This document shows positions 62,723-64,000 of a stretch of DNA of 64,000 nt, piece by piece (position 1 is the first letter of the stretch; the number at the start of each line of letters is the position of its first letter). The stretch comes from Lama glama (Eukaryota), in NCBI GenBank assembly GCA_028534125.1, contig CM052817.1, forward strand, positions 21,268,001-21,332,000, read 5' to 3'. The position numbers and the translations under genes were made by a program. The notes below the pieces were generated by a model that had not been told where the DNA came from, made no database searches, and saw nothing but the letters and a program-made list of their open reading frames with translations.

Positions 62723-64000
62723 GAAACCCAAGTTGCCCCATTGCATAGAAATTTATGACAACATTGTTAAAATGATACATGATTATTTATCATGAATTTA
62801 TCAATTAAAATTACTTGCATTATGAGATGACTAATTTTTGATACATACACAATTTTGATAGGAGTAAAATCTCAAGAACATATGACATCAAAAATACTAA
62901 AATATACTTATTGCACAGTTTTTAAAGGTTTGCTGTATTACGAAGAAATAGAGACAATAATAACATAAAAAAATTAAGTTTTCATTTATGTGTATATGTT
63001 AGATTTTTATGTGCATTATTGGGTCAAATCCATCCATCTACAAATATTTAAAACCTCAATTTTTACAGTTGAAAATTAAATGCATCTTTCTGAAGGATAT
63101 TTTTTTAATGATAAACCCTTAAAGTGGTAATTTAAATACTGGATAAAAAAGTTAGATTGTTGAAGAAGCATGAAGTAGGAGCCATACTGGTTATGATTTA
63201 TTTAAAACTATAAATATTAAGTATAGTAATTAAAATAGATTAAATAAAATATAACAGAGATAGATGTAAGCTAAATATCAAACTAGATTTCAAAAAAGTA
63301 CACCCTATATATTGATATTATAAAAATGTTTTTAAAAGAATAATGGGAAAGATAAAAAGAAATAATAGAGAGAATATAGTATTGCTCCATAAAGAAATTA
63401 GAAGTTGAGACAAAGTAAAACTAAAAGAATGGAAACCTTAATCTATAATGATTTATTTATTATATAAATTCAAATAATATCTTGCACAAAATGAATACCA
63501 AATAATCTAATGAGATTTTAAAAATTAAAATTAAAATATGGAAATGGAGAAAGAAACTTCTTGTTTAATTTTTTTCTTTAATATTTCTGGATTTCTTATT
63601 TATTGGTTTATTAAATAAAAATATGCAAAAAATAGCTAATTAAATTTCTGTAAAGTATTTTTAAACAAACGTCTTAAAATTGTTAATCCCTTAAACAATT
63701 AAAATTTTATAAGTATAGGTCTAAAATTGGAATAATATGGAATATTTATAATGTGAAAATTATGCCTTAAAGGGACTAATACAATAGGAAGCAATGCCCT
63801 CCCTTTTTCTATTAATTCTTTGCAAAAATTGTCTTATTTTACTATATCTGATGCTTATATTTATTAATATAATTTGTGTTCTTTCCCTTAAATTTCTATT
63901 TGCATTTCCCCCTCTTCAATGAATTAGATTATCCTCAATAGCCTGAGACTTCACTGTCCAAGGAACAAATAATGTGTACAGCAGGTGACTTTGTGCACGT

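Noticed and set aside
1..64000. CRISPR arrays, operons or prokaryote-type systems
   Set aside because: Mammalian repeat-rich DNA; no regularly spaced repeats or long intact ORFs

Overview
AT-rich mammalian non-coding DNA (intergenic or inside a very long intron). It is most likely from a camelid, because it holds two tRNA-derived SINEs of the tylopod Vic-1 type. I can support no host protein-coding gene, RNA gene or CRISPR array. Much of the window is decayed transposable element: L1 fragments of several ages, L2/MIR, MaLR and ERVL LTRs, an ERVL pol/dUTPase remnant, a near full-length Tigger1, Tigger2/Tigger13 and hAT MITEs, and a younger solo LTR nested three layers deep. The ORF track reflects TE remnants or chance ORFs. 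The most interesting signals are structural: a ~73-bp-arm hairpin at 21106-21298 that can be rebuilt as a template-switch event; a duplication with an inverted templated insert inside an L1MC at 53.3-54.3 kb; an L1 whose 5'UTR is joined directly to mid-ORF2; and splice motifs resembling recursive-splicing sites (24849-24949, ~1186). I found no clearly new biological system. Repeat family names come from recalled consensus sequences, and old-element boundaries are approximate.
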